The notes under the pieces: generated by a model
Database searches by the model: none
What the model was told of the DNA's origin: nothing
What the model saw: only the letters and a program-made list of their open reading frames with translations
Translations under genes and position numbers: made by a program
Shown here: piece by piece, positions 44,758 through 53,794 of the stretch
Numbering within the stretch: position 1 is the first letter of the stretch
Layout of the letters: each line of letters starts with the position of its first letter
Assembly (NCBI GenBank): GCA_044229975.1
Contig: JBGARZ010000001.1
Location: 576,001 to 640,000 of the forward strand
Direction of reading: 5' to 3'
DNA from: Polyangiales bacterium
GTDB taxonomy: Bacteria > Myxococcota_A > Polyangia > Polyangiales > Ga0077539
Length of the DNA: 64,000 nt

Positions 44758-46160
44758 GTCGTCGGTTGGAGCGTGTGCAGGATGAAGGACTTGGTTCCGC
44801 TGTCCTTCTGGCTGCCGAACACGATGCCGATGGTGTCACCGTCGCGCAGCGGGAGGGTCTCGCGGGCGATGCGCGCCGACACCGTGAGCATCTCGTTGGG
44901 CGTCTCCGGGAGCGTGTGCACCACCGGGATGACACCCCACTGGAGCGCCATGCGCTGGGCCACCTCGCGCGTCGACGTCACCGCCAGGATGGGCGCCCTC
45001 GGGCGAAACTCCGCCACCATGTCGGCCGTGTGCCCCGCGCGCGTGAACACCACGATGGCCGCGAGCTTCGCGTGCCGCGAGGTGAGCGCCACGGCGGCCG
45101 CGCACGCGTGCGTGAAGTCCCACTCCACCTGGTCGAGCGTCGGCTCGGTGAGCTTCTCGAAGAGGGCCGACACCTCGATCTCGCGGATGATGGTGTCCAT
45201 CATCTGCACGGCCATCACGGGGTAGCGCCCGCTCGCCGTCTCGCCCGAGAGCATCAGCACGTCGGTCGCGTCGAGCACGGCGTTGGCCACGTCTGCAGCC
45301 TCGGCCCGCGTCGGCCGCGGCGAGCGGATCATCGAGTCCAGCATCTGCGTCGCCGTCACCACCAGCCGCCCGTGACGGTTGGCCAGCGCGATGGCCTGCT
45401 TCTGCGCCAGCGGAACCTTCTCCGAACCGAGCTCCACCCCGAGGTCGCCGCGCGCCACCATGATGCCCTCGCACGCGAGCACGATGGCTTCGAGGTTGTC
45501 GATGGCCTCGGGCTTCTCGATCTTCGCGATGATGGGAATCCCCTCGCCCACGGCGGCGCGCGCCTCGTGGAGATCGTTCGGGTGGCGAACGAACGACAGC
45601 GCGAGGTAGTCGACGCCGAGCTCGCGCGCGAGCAACGCGTCGGAGCGGTCCTTGTCCGTGAGCGCGGGCACCGAGAGCTTCGCGCCGGGGACGTTGATGC
45701 CCTTGCGATCGGAGAGCGGGCCGCCCACCTCCACCACGCAGTCGACGTCCTCGTCGTGCACGTTGGTGACGCGCAGCCGCAGCACGCCGTCGTCGAGCAG
45801 CACCGGGTCGCCGACGCGCAGGTCCTTCCACAACGGGTAGGTGATGGAGACGGCCGTGACGTCGCCGGGGACGTCGCGCGTGGTGAGCGTGAAGGCCGCG
45901 CCGTCGACGAGCTCGACCGGCCCGTGCGCGAAGGTGCGGCAGCGGATCTTCGGCCCCGAGAGGTCGCCGAGGATGGCCACGTTGCGCCCCGCGCGGGCGG
46001 CGGCGGCGCGGAGGTTCTTCACGGCGGCGCGGTGGTCGTCGGGGACGCCGTGGGAGAAGTTCACCCGGAAGGCATCGACGCCCGCGGCGAGCAGCGCGTC
46101 GAGGACGGACGGATCGCGGCAGGCGGGCCCCACGGTCGCCAGGATCTTGGCTTTGCGCAT
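44754..46160 (-). CDS. pyk: Pyruvate kinase
   Basis: KILATVGP, RVNFSHG, DLSGPKIR, IAKIEKPE, ARGDLG, TQMLDSM, PTRAE, MLSGETA. Confidence 0.97.
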   Translation of the reverse strand: MRKAKILATVGPACRDPSVLDALLAAGVDAFRVNFSHGVPDDHRAAVKNLRAAAARAGRNVAILGDLSGPKIRCRTFAHGPVELVDGAAFTLTTRDVPGDVTAVSITYPLWKDLRVGDPVLLDDGVLRLRVTNVHDEDVDCVVEVGGPLSDRKGINVPGAKLSVPALTDKDRSDALLARELGVDYLALSFVRHPNDLHEARAAVGEGIPIIAKIEKPEAIDNLEAIVLACEGIMVARGDLGVELGSEKVPLAQKQAIALANRHGRLVVTATQMLDSMIRSPRPTRAEAADVANAVLDATDVLMLSGETASGRYPVMAVQMMDTIIREIEVSALFEKLTEPTLDQVEWDFTHACAAAVALTSRHAKLAAIVVFTRAGHTADMVAEFRPRAPILAVTSTREVAQRMALQWGVIPVVHTLPETPNEMLTVSARIARETLPLRDGDTIGIVFGSQKDSGTKSFILHTLQPTT

Positions 46161-46217
46161 CGTCGGACGATCGCACGCGCCACCCGACGCCGACAATGGC
46201 GCGGCGTCGTCGGGTGC

Positions 46218-46261
46218 CAGCGCTCGTGTCAGCGCTCGTGTCAGCGCCCGTGTCAGCGCTC
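46218..46261. repeat. Intergenic 12-bp tandem repeat CAGCGCTCGTGT, about 3.6 copies
   Basis: Directly visible between divergent pyk and terpene synthase. Confidence 0.8.
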
Positions 46262-46320
46262 TCGCCGCCGCGCCGAGCGTCCACCGCTGCGGCGCCGCGG
46301 AAATCAGGCTCGCTTCCGCA

Positions 46321-46336
46321 TGGCACGGGGCTCGCT
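46321..46336 (+). promoter_or_regulatory. Putative sigma54 (-24/-12) promoter
   Basis: TGGCACG-GGGC-TCGCT with correct GG-N10-GC spacing, 61 nt before terpene synthase ATG. Confidence 0.55.
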
Positions 46337-46397
46337 GAGACCTCGAATCACCGCGCCGCACCGATCCGCCGGTGACGCCGCTTCTTCGAGGTCGACC

Positions 46398-47279
46398 ATG
46401 CACAACGCCCACACCACTCCTTCGGCTCTGCTCTCCTCGCACCGCAGCCGTCCGGTGGACGCCCGCCTCGTCCTCGCGCGCATCGCCGCTTCCCAGATCC
46501 TCCCTCCGGCGCTCGTGCGCACGGGCCGCTCGGAGTCCATCGCCTCCATCGTGGCGCACGCGGGGTCCGGTCTGCCGATGCGGGTGCTCTCGCTGGTCGC
46601 CGACGCGGGCCTGGTGCTCTTTGCCATCGACGACCTCCTCGACGACTCCGGCGTGTGCGTCGAAGAGGGCTCGCTGCGCATCGAGCAGTACAGCGCCGTC
46701 GCCCGCGGCGAGCTCTGCCCCGAGGTCGCCTTCGACCCCATCGCGCGGGCCCTCGCGAGCCTTCGTAGCCGCGTCGCCGCGACCGACCCCGACGGCGACA
46801 TGGTCGACGCGTGGGCCGACGCGATGGTCCGCATGCTCGCCGGAATGGGCGCCGAGCTCCGCCGCGACGGCGACGTCGTCGGGACGAGTCTGGAGCGCTA
46901 CCTCGCGAGCGCCCGCGACAGCATCGGCGTCGAGATGATCGCGTTCACCGCGTGGGCCGCGATGGGCGCCGGCGCCACGCGCGCGATGCTCCCCTCGCTC
47001 CGGCGCGCCGAGCGATCGTTCTCCACGGCGGTGCGCCTCGCCAACGACCTGCGCACCTGTGAGCGCGAGCGCGCCGAGGGCCGCGTCAACGCCGTCACCC
47101 TCCTCGGGGACGACGCGCGCCCCCACCTGCACGACCTCTGCGACGACGCCCTCGCCGAGGCGCGAGAGTCCCTCGCCGCCGCGGGCATCGCGGACACCGC
47201 ACAGGGTCGCTTCATCGACCGCTTCGCTGGCGCGATCGTCGCGATGTACGTGACCCGCGACTTCGAACAGGCCGCCTAG
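46398..47279 (+). CDS. Class I terpene synthase/cyclase family protein
   Basis: Asp-rich FAIDDLLD, YL..ARDSIG, NSE-type RLANDLRTCERE, EG..N. Confidence 0.8.
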   Translation: MHNAHTTPSALLSSHRSRPVDARLVLARIAASQILPPALVRTGRSESIASIVAHAGSGLPMRVLSLVADAGLVLFAIDDLLDDSGVCVEEGSLRIEQYSAVARGELCPEVAFDPIARALASLRSRVAATDPDGDMVDAWADAMVRMLAGMGAELRRDGDVVGTSLERYLASARDSIGVEMIAFTAWAAMGAGATRAMLPSLRRAERSFSTAVRLANDLRTCERERAEGRVNAVTLLGDDARPHLHDLCDDALAEARESLAAAGIADTAQGRFIDRFAGAIVAMYVTRDFEQAA

Positions 47280-47306
47280 TACCTCCCCACAGGGGACTTG
47301 AAGGGT

Positions 47307-48455
47307 TCAGGCGGCGACGTCGGGAGCCGCCTCCTGGCGGGCCTTCGCCAACGGTCGGTAGACCCGACCCAGCTTCTCTCTCGCGCGCTCGGTCGTGAAC
47401 ATCCAGCGGATGCGTGCGCCCGCCGCGTTGCGCCCTCGCTCCCAGGCTGCGATCTCCCGGATCAAGCTCTCGCGGTCGGCGATGCGGCGGTCCAAGCACT
47501 GTCGCTTGAGCACGCCGATCTCGATCTCCACCATGTTCAACCAGCTCGCGTGCTTGGGCACGTAGTGGATCTCCAACTTGCGCAGCAGACGACGAGCCTC
47601 CGCGGGTTCGAAGGTGTCGTAGAGCGCGGCCGCGCTGTGCGTCGAGAGGTTGTCCATCACCACGCGAATGCGCTCCGCGTCGGGGTAGTGCTCATCCACC
47701 AGCGACCTCATCTGGTGAGCGAACTGGCGCGAGGCGCGCTGCTCGGTCACGTCGACGTGACGCCACCCGCGGTGGACGTCGAGCACTACGAACAGGTTCG
47801 CCGTGCCATGGCGCTGGTACTCGTAGTCGACGCGGGCGGGCGCGCCGGGCGCCACGGGTTGCGGCTCGCGAACCTCGCCGATCAACTGCGTGGGGCTCTC
47901 GTCGAAGCAGAGCACCGGGCGCTTGGGGTCGGCCGGCTCTGCGTACAGATCGAGCACGTCCTCCATCCGCGCGACGTACTCGCTGTTGAGGGTGGGGACG
48001 CACCACATCTTCTGCTGCCACGGCTTGAGCTCGTTGTCCGCGAGCCGCCGTCGCACGGTCTCGTCGCTCACGCGCTCGTGATCCGTCAGCGCGACCATCC
48101 GATCAGCCAGCAGGTCCAGGGTCCACCGCGCGCGTCCCTCCGGCGGTGCGCTGCACGCCGTGGCGATGAGGAGCGCCTCCTCCTTGCCCGAGAGCTTGCG
48201 AGTGCCGCCCGGCCGTGGGGCGTCGTGCAGGGCGGCCTCCAAGCCCTCTTCGACGAAGCACCGCTTGGTGCGGTAGATCGTGGCGGGGCTGGTTCCGACC
48301 GCCTTGGCGATCTGCGCCTCGTCCTGCGCGGCGGCCGCCGCGAGCAGGATCTGGGCGCGTTTGACCTCGCGAACCTTGGTGCGTCCGCGCGCCACGAGGG
48401 CTTCCAGGCGGGCGCGCTCGGGCTCGCTCAGGGTGACGCGATACCGTACGTTCAT
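47307..48455 (-). CDS. IS630 family DDE transposase (intact)
   Basis: RWTLDLL, W..P, CFDESP, VMDNLS, PKHASWLNMVEIE. Confidence 0.95.
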   Translation of the reverse strand: MNVRYRVTLSEPERARLEALVARGRTKVREVKRAQILLAAAAAQDEAQIAKAVGTSPATIYRTKRCFVEEGLEAALHDAPRPGGTRKLSGKEEALLIATACSAPPEGRARWTLDLLADRMVALTDHERVSDETVRRRLADNELKPWQQKMWCVPTLNSEYVARMEDVLDLYAEPADPKRPVLCFDESPTQLIGEVREPQPVAPGAPARVDYEYQRHGTANLFVVLDVHRGWRHVDVTEQRASRQFAHQMRSLVDEHYPDAERIRVVMDNLSTHSAAALYDTFEPAEARRLLRKLEIHYVPKHASWLNMVEIEIGVLKRQCLDRRIADRESLIREIAAWERGRNAAGARIRWMFTTERAREKLGRVYRPLAKARQEAAPDVAA

Positions 48456-48497
48456 CGGGCGAATCCTCCGTGCTGGGCACGGAGCTCTCGCCGGAGG

Positions 48498-48767
48498 ATG
48501 ATGTCGAGCGCGAACGACAACGCGGCCCGCTGGACCCCGAAGCAGGGGCAGTACCTGGCGTTCATCTACGCGTACACGACGATCCACCGACAGGCGCCCG
48601 CCGAGCGCGACATGGAGCGGTTCTTCCGCACCTCGCCGCCGACGATTCACACCATGATCAAGACGCTGGAGCGCGAGGGCTTCATCCGCCGACAGCCGGG
48701 TGTCGCGCGCTCGATCCAACTGCTCGTCGAGGCCGACTCGCTGCCTCTCCTCGTGCAGCCAGCGTGA
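48498..48767 (+). CDS. LexA-DNA-binding-domain/MarR-like winged-helix protein (IS passenger)
   Basis: TPKQGQYLAFI..AP...M..F..SPPTIH..IKTLE..GFIRR.PG.ARSI; GGAGG RBS; lies inside the IRs. Confidence 0.85.
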   Translation: MMSSANDNAARWTPKQGQYLAFIYAYTTIHRQAPAERDMERFFRTSPPTIHTMIKTLEREGFIRRQPGVARSIQLLVEADSLPLLVQPA

Positions 48768-48817
48768 GGTTCACTGAACCCTTCAAATCCCCTGTGGCGA
48801 GGTACTAGTACCTCGCC

Positions 48818-49708
48818 ATGACCAACGCCCGCGCGCCCCGCTTTCGCGTCCCTGCGGCGAAGTCCGAGGCCTTCAAGCAGCTCGCCCGCGTGCCCGCCGT
48901 CGCCGCGCCGACGCTGGTCGCGCTGCTGGTCGCGGCCATCGGGCTCCCGTGCGTCGCGGTCGCGCACTTGAATGGCGTGCTTCCCGGCTGGGCGGCCAGC
49001 GCGTGCGCGACGGCGCTCATGTACGGTCTGTTCACGGTGGTGCACGACGCGCTGCACGGCTCCTTCGCGCGCAACCGCCGCCTCAATGACGGCCTCGGCG
49101 CCCTCGGCCTGCTGCTCTTCGCGCCGCACGCGAGCCTCGGGCTCTTCCGCTGGGCGCATATGCAGCACCACCGGCACACCAACGACGACCGCGACCCGGA
49201 TCAGTGGTCCCACGACGGCGGCCTCACGCTGCCGCTGCGCTGGGCGACCATTGACGTCGCGTACGTCGTTCATGTGCTCCGCCACGGCGACGCGGTGGCC
49301 CGCCGCCATCTCCTCGGAGCGCTGCCGCACCTCGCCGCCACGCTCGCGGTCATCGCGCTGCTCGTGCACGCCGGCTTCGGTCGCGAGGTCGTGCTGCTCT
49401 GGCTCATCCCCTCGCGGCTGACCTTCGTGATCGCGGGCTGCGTGTTCTTCTGGCTACCGCACGTCGGCGCCGAGACCACCGCCGAGGAGGACGTGCTGCG
49501 CTCCACCACCATCCGGCTCGGCCACGAGTGGCTGCTGGCGCCGCTGCTCCAATTTCACAACTACCACCTCGTGCACCACCTCTTCCCCGCGCTGCCCTCC
49601 AGCCGCCACGCCGATGTGTACCGCCTCATCGCCGACGACCTGCACGCGCGCCCGCTGCTCATCCAGCGCGGCCTGGCCATCCGCCCCGAGGCCAGCGCCT
49701 TCGCGTGA
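48818..49708 (+). CDS. Membrane fatty acid desaturase/hydroxylase family protein
   Basis: Three His boxes HDALH, HMQHH, HNYHLVHH. Confidence 0.9.
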   Translation: MTNARAPRFRVPAAKSEAFKQLARVPAVAAPTLVALLVAAIGLPCVAVAHLNGVLPGWAASACATALMYGLFTVVHDALHGSFARNRRLNDGLGALGLLLFAPHASLGLFRWAHMQHHRHTNDDRDPDQWSHDGGLTLPLRWATIDVAYVVHVLRHGDAVARRHLLGALPHLAATLAVIALLVHAGFGREVVLLWLIPSRLTFVIAGCVFFWLPHVGAETTAEEDVLRSTTIRLGHEWLLAPLLQFHNYHLVHHLFPALPSSRHADVYRLIADDLHARPLLIQRGLAIRPEASAFA

Positions 49709-49714
49709 AGAAGG

Positions 49715-49963
49715 TCAGCGCGACGTGGTGAGACCGTCCGGCACGGGCAGGTGCACCCGCTGGGGAACACCGGCGGTGTGCGGAGGCGGTGGTGGCGGTG
49801 GTGGTGGCGGAGGCGGAGTGCGGACGCCACCGTCACGCGATGGCGGCTGCTGGGCGTGAGCGTCCGTGATGCAGCCCTCAACGGCGACGCCTGCTGCGAG
49901 CAGGCCGAGGAGCGTCGGGATGGCGGTGCTGCGCGACGAGGCAACGGGGCGACGTGGGCTCAT
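49715..49963 (-). CDS. Small exported Pro-rich protein
   Basis: Hydrophobic leader + EGC, poly-Pro tract, HTAGVP. Confidence 0.45.
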   Translation of the reverse strand: MSPRRPVASSRSTAIPTLLGLLAAGVAVEGCITDAHAQQPPSRDGGVRTPPPPPPPPPPPPHTAGVPQRVHLPVPDGLTTSR

Positions 49964-50134
49964 GACTACGAGGATCGCATGAAGATCGAGGTCGTCGCAC
50001 GGTGAGCCCGGACGACCACTGATGCAGCGCCGACCCGGTCGCGAGAGGGAATCGCCCGACGCCCGGAATAGCCACGATCCCACACCTGGTTGTGCCTCGG
50101 TCGGCAGGGGATCTTCCGCCGCCGACCGACCCGA

Positions 50135-50557
50135 ATGCGCTCGCTGGTCCTCGCCCTCTGCGCCGCGTTCGCCGTGCTGCTCACGGCCATGCCCGCGCAC
50201 GCGCAGACGCCGCGGCGCTGGTGTGTCGGCGCCTTCGCCAGCTACCGGCATCTCGACCGCGACCAAGCGACCTCCTTCGTCCGCGCGGACGCACCCGTCG
50301 CGGCACCCGCTACACCGCAGCGCTCCCAAGCACCGACGCTGTGTGACGACCCTCGCCGACCGGGCTGTCACATCGACCGCCCCGACGCCCCGAGACATCA
50401 CACGTCGTGGGATCTCCACCACGAACCGATGGCGCTGACGAGCGCCGTGCCCGAGGTCCCGCCGCGATCGGCCGATGACGTCACGACCGACCCGTTGCTT
50501 CGCGGTGGACCGCGCGTCGCGACGACCCGATCGCCCTGGCGCCCGCCCAACGCCTGA
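50135..50557 (+). CDS. Hypothetical secreted protein
   Basis: Sec signal ending AHA-Q; C-terminal RPP. Confidence 0.55.
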   Translation: MRSLVLALCAAFAVLLTAMPAHAQTPRRWCVGAFASYRHLDRDQATSFVRADAPVAAPATPQRSQAPTLCDDPRRPGCHIDRPDAPRHHTSWDLHHEPMALTSAVPEVPPRSADDVTTDPLLRGGPRVATTRSPWRPPNA

Positions 50558-50673
50558 ACGCGTCTCCGCGTAGGCATCGACGCGCGATCGCTCTGGGAGG
50601 AGCGGCGCGCGGCGACCGGGTCGCGTCTTGCGCGCTCCCGGGTGGGTCGTCGTGCAGGCAGTCGGAGGATCTC

Positions 50674-52671
50674 GTGAGTAAGGGAAGCATCGCCGTCTCC
50701 GCGCTATTGGCGCTGATCGTCAGTTTCTTCGCGGGCTACGCCACGACACCGCGGAGTCGATCGCGATGGCGCGATTGGTCCCGCTTCACGGTCGCAGACC
50801 GCCGGGTCGCTCACCCGATGGACGACGCCGAACGCATTCCCATCGGCGCGTCCCCAATGCTCGGCCCCGAAGATGCGCTCGTCACCATCGTGCAGTTTGG
50901 AGACTTCGAGTGTCCGTTCTGCGCGCGCGTCGAGCAGACGCTCCAACAGATCCGCCAGCAGTACGGGCGCGACGTCCGCGTCGTCTGGAAGAACGCTCCA
51001 CTGCCCTTCCACCAGAACGCCGTCCCCGCGGCCGAGGCCGCGATGGAGGCGATGGCCCAGTGCGGTCACGACGGGTTCTGGCGGATGCACGACCTGCTCT
51101 ATCGCGAGCAGCAGAAACTCAGCACGGCCACCCTGGAGCACCTCGCGCTCGAAGCCGGCCTCGACCTCACCCGCTCCCGCGCGGCCCTCCACGACCACCG
51201 GCACCGGGCCTCCATCGATCGCGACGTGGCCCTCGCGCAGACCCTCAGCGCACAGGGCACGCCCAACTTCTTCATCAACGGAACCCAGGTCACCGGCGCC
51301 CAGCCCTTCGACCGATTCCAGAGCGTCATCGACCGCGTGATCGCCCGCGCGCGCACCATCGAGCCGCGCCGACATGCCTACGCCGCCATGGTCGTCGACC
51401 CGGTGAACGTCTCGGATCCGCATCGTGAGCCGCCCGCGTGCGGAGGAGGACTCTGGCCGCAGGAGGACTTCCCCGGTCGATGGCGCGTGCCGGTGGAGCA
51501 CTCGCCGGTGCAGGGACCGAGCACGGCGCTCGTGACGATGGTGATGTTCGGGGACTTCGAGTGCCCCTTCTGCGCGCGGGCGAGAGGCACCGTGGCGCAG
51601 CTCCGCGCCCGCTACGGCAACGACCTCCGAGTGGTGTGGAAGAACGAACCCCTGCCCTTCCACACGGCGTCGCGCCCGGCGGCCGAGCTCGCGATGGAAG
51701 CCTTCGCCCAACGCGGCAACGAAGGGTTCTGGCGGATGCACGACCTCCTCTTCGCACACCAGAGCGCCCTCGATCGCGCTCACCTCGATGGGTACGCCCT
51801 GCGGTCGGGCCTCGACATGGACCGCTACACCGCAGCGATGAACGCCCACACCCACGGCGCCGCCATCGACGCCGACCACGCCCTCGGCCAGACGGTCCGG
51901 GCCAACGGCGTCCCGCACTTCTTCCTCAACGGCTTTCGTCTCGTCGGCGCCCAACCGCTCGACACCTTCGTCCGCGCCATCGACGAGGAACGGAGGCGGG
52001 CGGCGGAGTTCATGCGGGCCCACCCCGACGTCACCCGCGCCGATCTCTACGAGCGCATGGTGCTCAACCCTCCACCGCCCCCTCCGGCGCTGCCCGCCGA
52101 CGAGGAGGGCCGCGTCTACCCCGTGCGCGACAACCCGCATGCCCCGAGCTTCGGCCCGGCCAACGCACGCGTCGTGATCCAGCACTTCGCGGACTACCAG
52201 TGCCCGTTCTCGTCGCGCGTCGGGCCGGCCATCGCGCGCATCCGCCAGCGCTACGGCGACCGCGTGCGCTTCGTGTGGCGGGACTATCCGCTGCCCTTCC
52301 ATCCCGCGGCGATGCCCGCCGCCGAGGCTGCTCGCGAGGCGTACGCCCAGCGCGGAAACGCGGGCTTCTGGCGCTTTCACGACTACCTCTTCGAACACCA
52401 GCAGCACATCGAGCGCGAGGACCTCGAACGCTACGCCCGCGAGCAGGGACTCGACGTCGACCGCTTCCGCGCCGCGCTCGATCGCCACATCCACAAGCGC
52501 GGCATCGAGGAGGACATGGCCGCCGCCGACGCCACCGGCGCCTCCATCGGCACGCCCGCCTTCTTCATCGGGGGAAGGTTCGTCGCGGGCGCGTTGGCGT
52601 TCGAGGAGTACGAGCGGCGCATCGACGCCGCGCTCGCCGCCACCACGTGGGTGGTGCTCCCGCATCGGTAG
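50674..52671 (+). CDS. Triple-domain DsbA/thioredoxin-fold protein
   Basis: DFECPFC, DFECPFC, DYQCPFS active sites, each with PLPFH and G(T/V)P.FF. Confidence 0.9.
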   Translation: MSKGSIAVSALLALIVSFFAGYATTPRSRSRWRDWSRFTVADRRVAHPMDDAERIPIGASPMLGPEDALVTIVQFGDFECPFCARVEQTLQQIRQQYGRDVRVVWKNAPLPFHQNAVPAAEAAMEAMAQCGHDGFWRMHDLLYREQQKLSTATLEHLALEAGLDLTRSRAALHDHRHRASIDRDVALAQTLSAQGTPNFFINGTQVTGAQPFDRFQSVIDRVIARARTIEPRRHAYAAMVVDPVNVSDPHREPPACGGGLWPQEDFPGRWRVPVEHSPVQGPSTALVTMVMFGDFECPFCARARGTVAQLRARYGNDLRVVWKNEPLPFHTASRPAAELAMEAFAQRGNEGFWRMHDLLFAHQSALDRAHLDGYALRSGLDMDRYTAAMNAHTHGAAIDADHALGQTVRANGVPHFFLNGFRLVGAQPLDTFVRAIDEERRRAAEFMRAHPDVTRADLYERMVLNPPPPPPALPADEEGRVYPVRDNPHAPSFGPANARVVIQHFADYQCPFSSRVGPAIARIRQRYGDRVRFVWRDYPLPFHPAAMPAAEAAREAYAQRGNAGFWRFHDYLFEHQQHIEREDLERYAREQGLDVDRFRAALDRHIHKRGIEEDMAAADATGASIGTPAFFIGGRFVAGALAFEEYERRIDAALAATTWVVLPHR

Positions 52672-52791
52672 CGGTGCTCTCGCGTGCCCGCGCCGGCCCG
52701 ACCGATCGGCGCGCTCCACCGCAACGCGAGCAACCAGTATCCGGGCCGTCGCGCAGCAGCGCCGCGCGTTCGCCCCATCGCCCGCTGCCGA

Positions 52792-53115
52792 CTACCGGTC
52801 GGCGCCCATTGCGTCGGGCGCGTCGTCGGGGGTTGCATCCACCGCGGCGTCGCCCGCATCGACTTCCCAGACGCTGCATTGCGCGGGCGGGCACCCGTAC
52901 GCAGGCACCGGGGTGGCACCGCAGCCGTCGAGCGCAGCGCTGGCCGCCATCGTCGCGCCGACGACGAACGCGACCGCCCGAAGGGTGCGTGTGCCGCCCG
53001 TCGCGCCTTCAGGCGCGCTCGTTGGCGCCACGGGGCAAGCGCAGAACGGACACACGGCGGCCGATGTGTCGACGTGTCGAGAGCAGGACGGACAGGGGCT
53101 GAGCTGGGTGCGCAT
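52792..53115 (-). CDS. Small protein with CxxC-RH-CxxC leader, lipobox-like Cys and YGxP motif
   Basis: PCPSCSRHV..CPFC, LDGC, PAYGCP, DAG tail; GGAGG RBS. Confidence 0.65.
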   Translation of the reverse strand: MRTQLSPCPSCSRHVDTSAAVCPFCACPVAPTSAPEGATGGTRTLRAVAFVVGATMAASAALDGCGATPVPAYGCPPAQCSVWEVDAGDAAVDATPDDAPDAMGADR

Positions 53116-53199
53116 CGTCGAACACTACCTCCGCTTCACTCCCCGTCACCGCCTCTCGGCCTTGCCCTCCGTCGCCGACTCCGCGGAGGCCACACGTTC

Positions 53200-53760
53200 A
53201 TGCCGTATCGTCGTCGCGTGAAGCCGCCCGCCGCCCCATCGACGTCTCCGTGTCCGCTCTTCTTGTTCATGAGTGCCTTGGCCATCGCCTGCGTCGCACG
53301 CCCGCCACAGGCCGCGCCCGCGATGACGGTGGTCGCCGTGTCGCCGACCCCGGATGCGACGGTCACCCTCGACGCAGCCATGAGCACCCCCGACGTCGGG
53401 GCGCCACGCGATGCCCCGACGGTCGACGTCCGGCGGGTTCGCCGAAACGGATGCTTTCTCGGCTCGGCGCTGTTCAGCCCGTGCCACGGCATCCCGCTGC
53501 CGGCCCCGCCGACGCCGATGGCGGTCGCCGTGTGCGACGGGTGCCGCGACGACGCCGACTGCACGACAAGCCGTAGTGGGCGCTGCGTGCTGGTGATGGG
53601 CAACACCTGCACGCCTCCAGCGCACGCGTGCCGCTACCCCGACGACGACTGCGCGCGACGATGCCAGTCCTCGCAGGGCGCGCTCCACTGCGTCCACGAC
53701 GGGCGGGGCCACGCGACCTGCCAACCACCCGCTGCGCCTCCGCCCGCAGCGCCGCATTGA
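53200..53760 (+). CDS. Small Cys-rich lipoprotein
   Basis: AIAC lipobox-like, DA linker, Cys-rich C-terminus; start uncertain. Confidence 0.5.
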   Translation: MPYRRRVKPPAAPSTSPCPLFLFMSALAIACVARPPQAAPAMTVVAVSPTPDATVTLDAAMSTPDVGAPRDAPTVDVRRVRRNGCFLGSALFSPCHGIPLPAPPTPMAVAVCDGCRDDADCTTSRSGRCVLVMGNTCTPPAHACRYPDDDCARRCQSSQGALHCVHDGRGHATCQPPAAPPPAAPH

Positions 53761-53794
53761 CCGACCCGTCCGCGCCGCACCAGCGACGCAGCGG

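Larger units (their letters stand above)
47279..48805 (-). mobile_element. IS630-family element (1527 bp) with passenger gene
   Basis: 32-bp terminal inverted repeats 47279-47310 and 48774-48805 (30/32 identical), flanked by TA at 47277-78 and 48806-07. Confidence 0.93.

Noticed and set aside
44694..47279. 861-aa ORF / pyk-terpene synthase fusion
   Set aside because: The upstream part is antisense to pyk; the two genes are divergent and separate
48498..48767. Calling this gene lexA
   Set aside because: Only the DNA-binding domain is present; no Ala-Gly cleavage site or S24 peptidase domain
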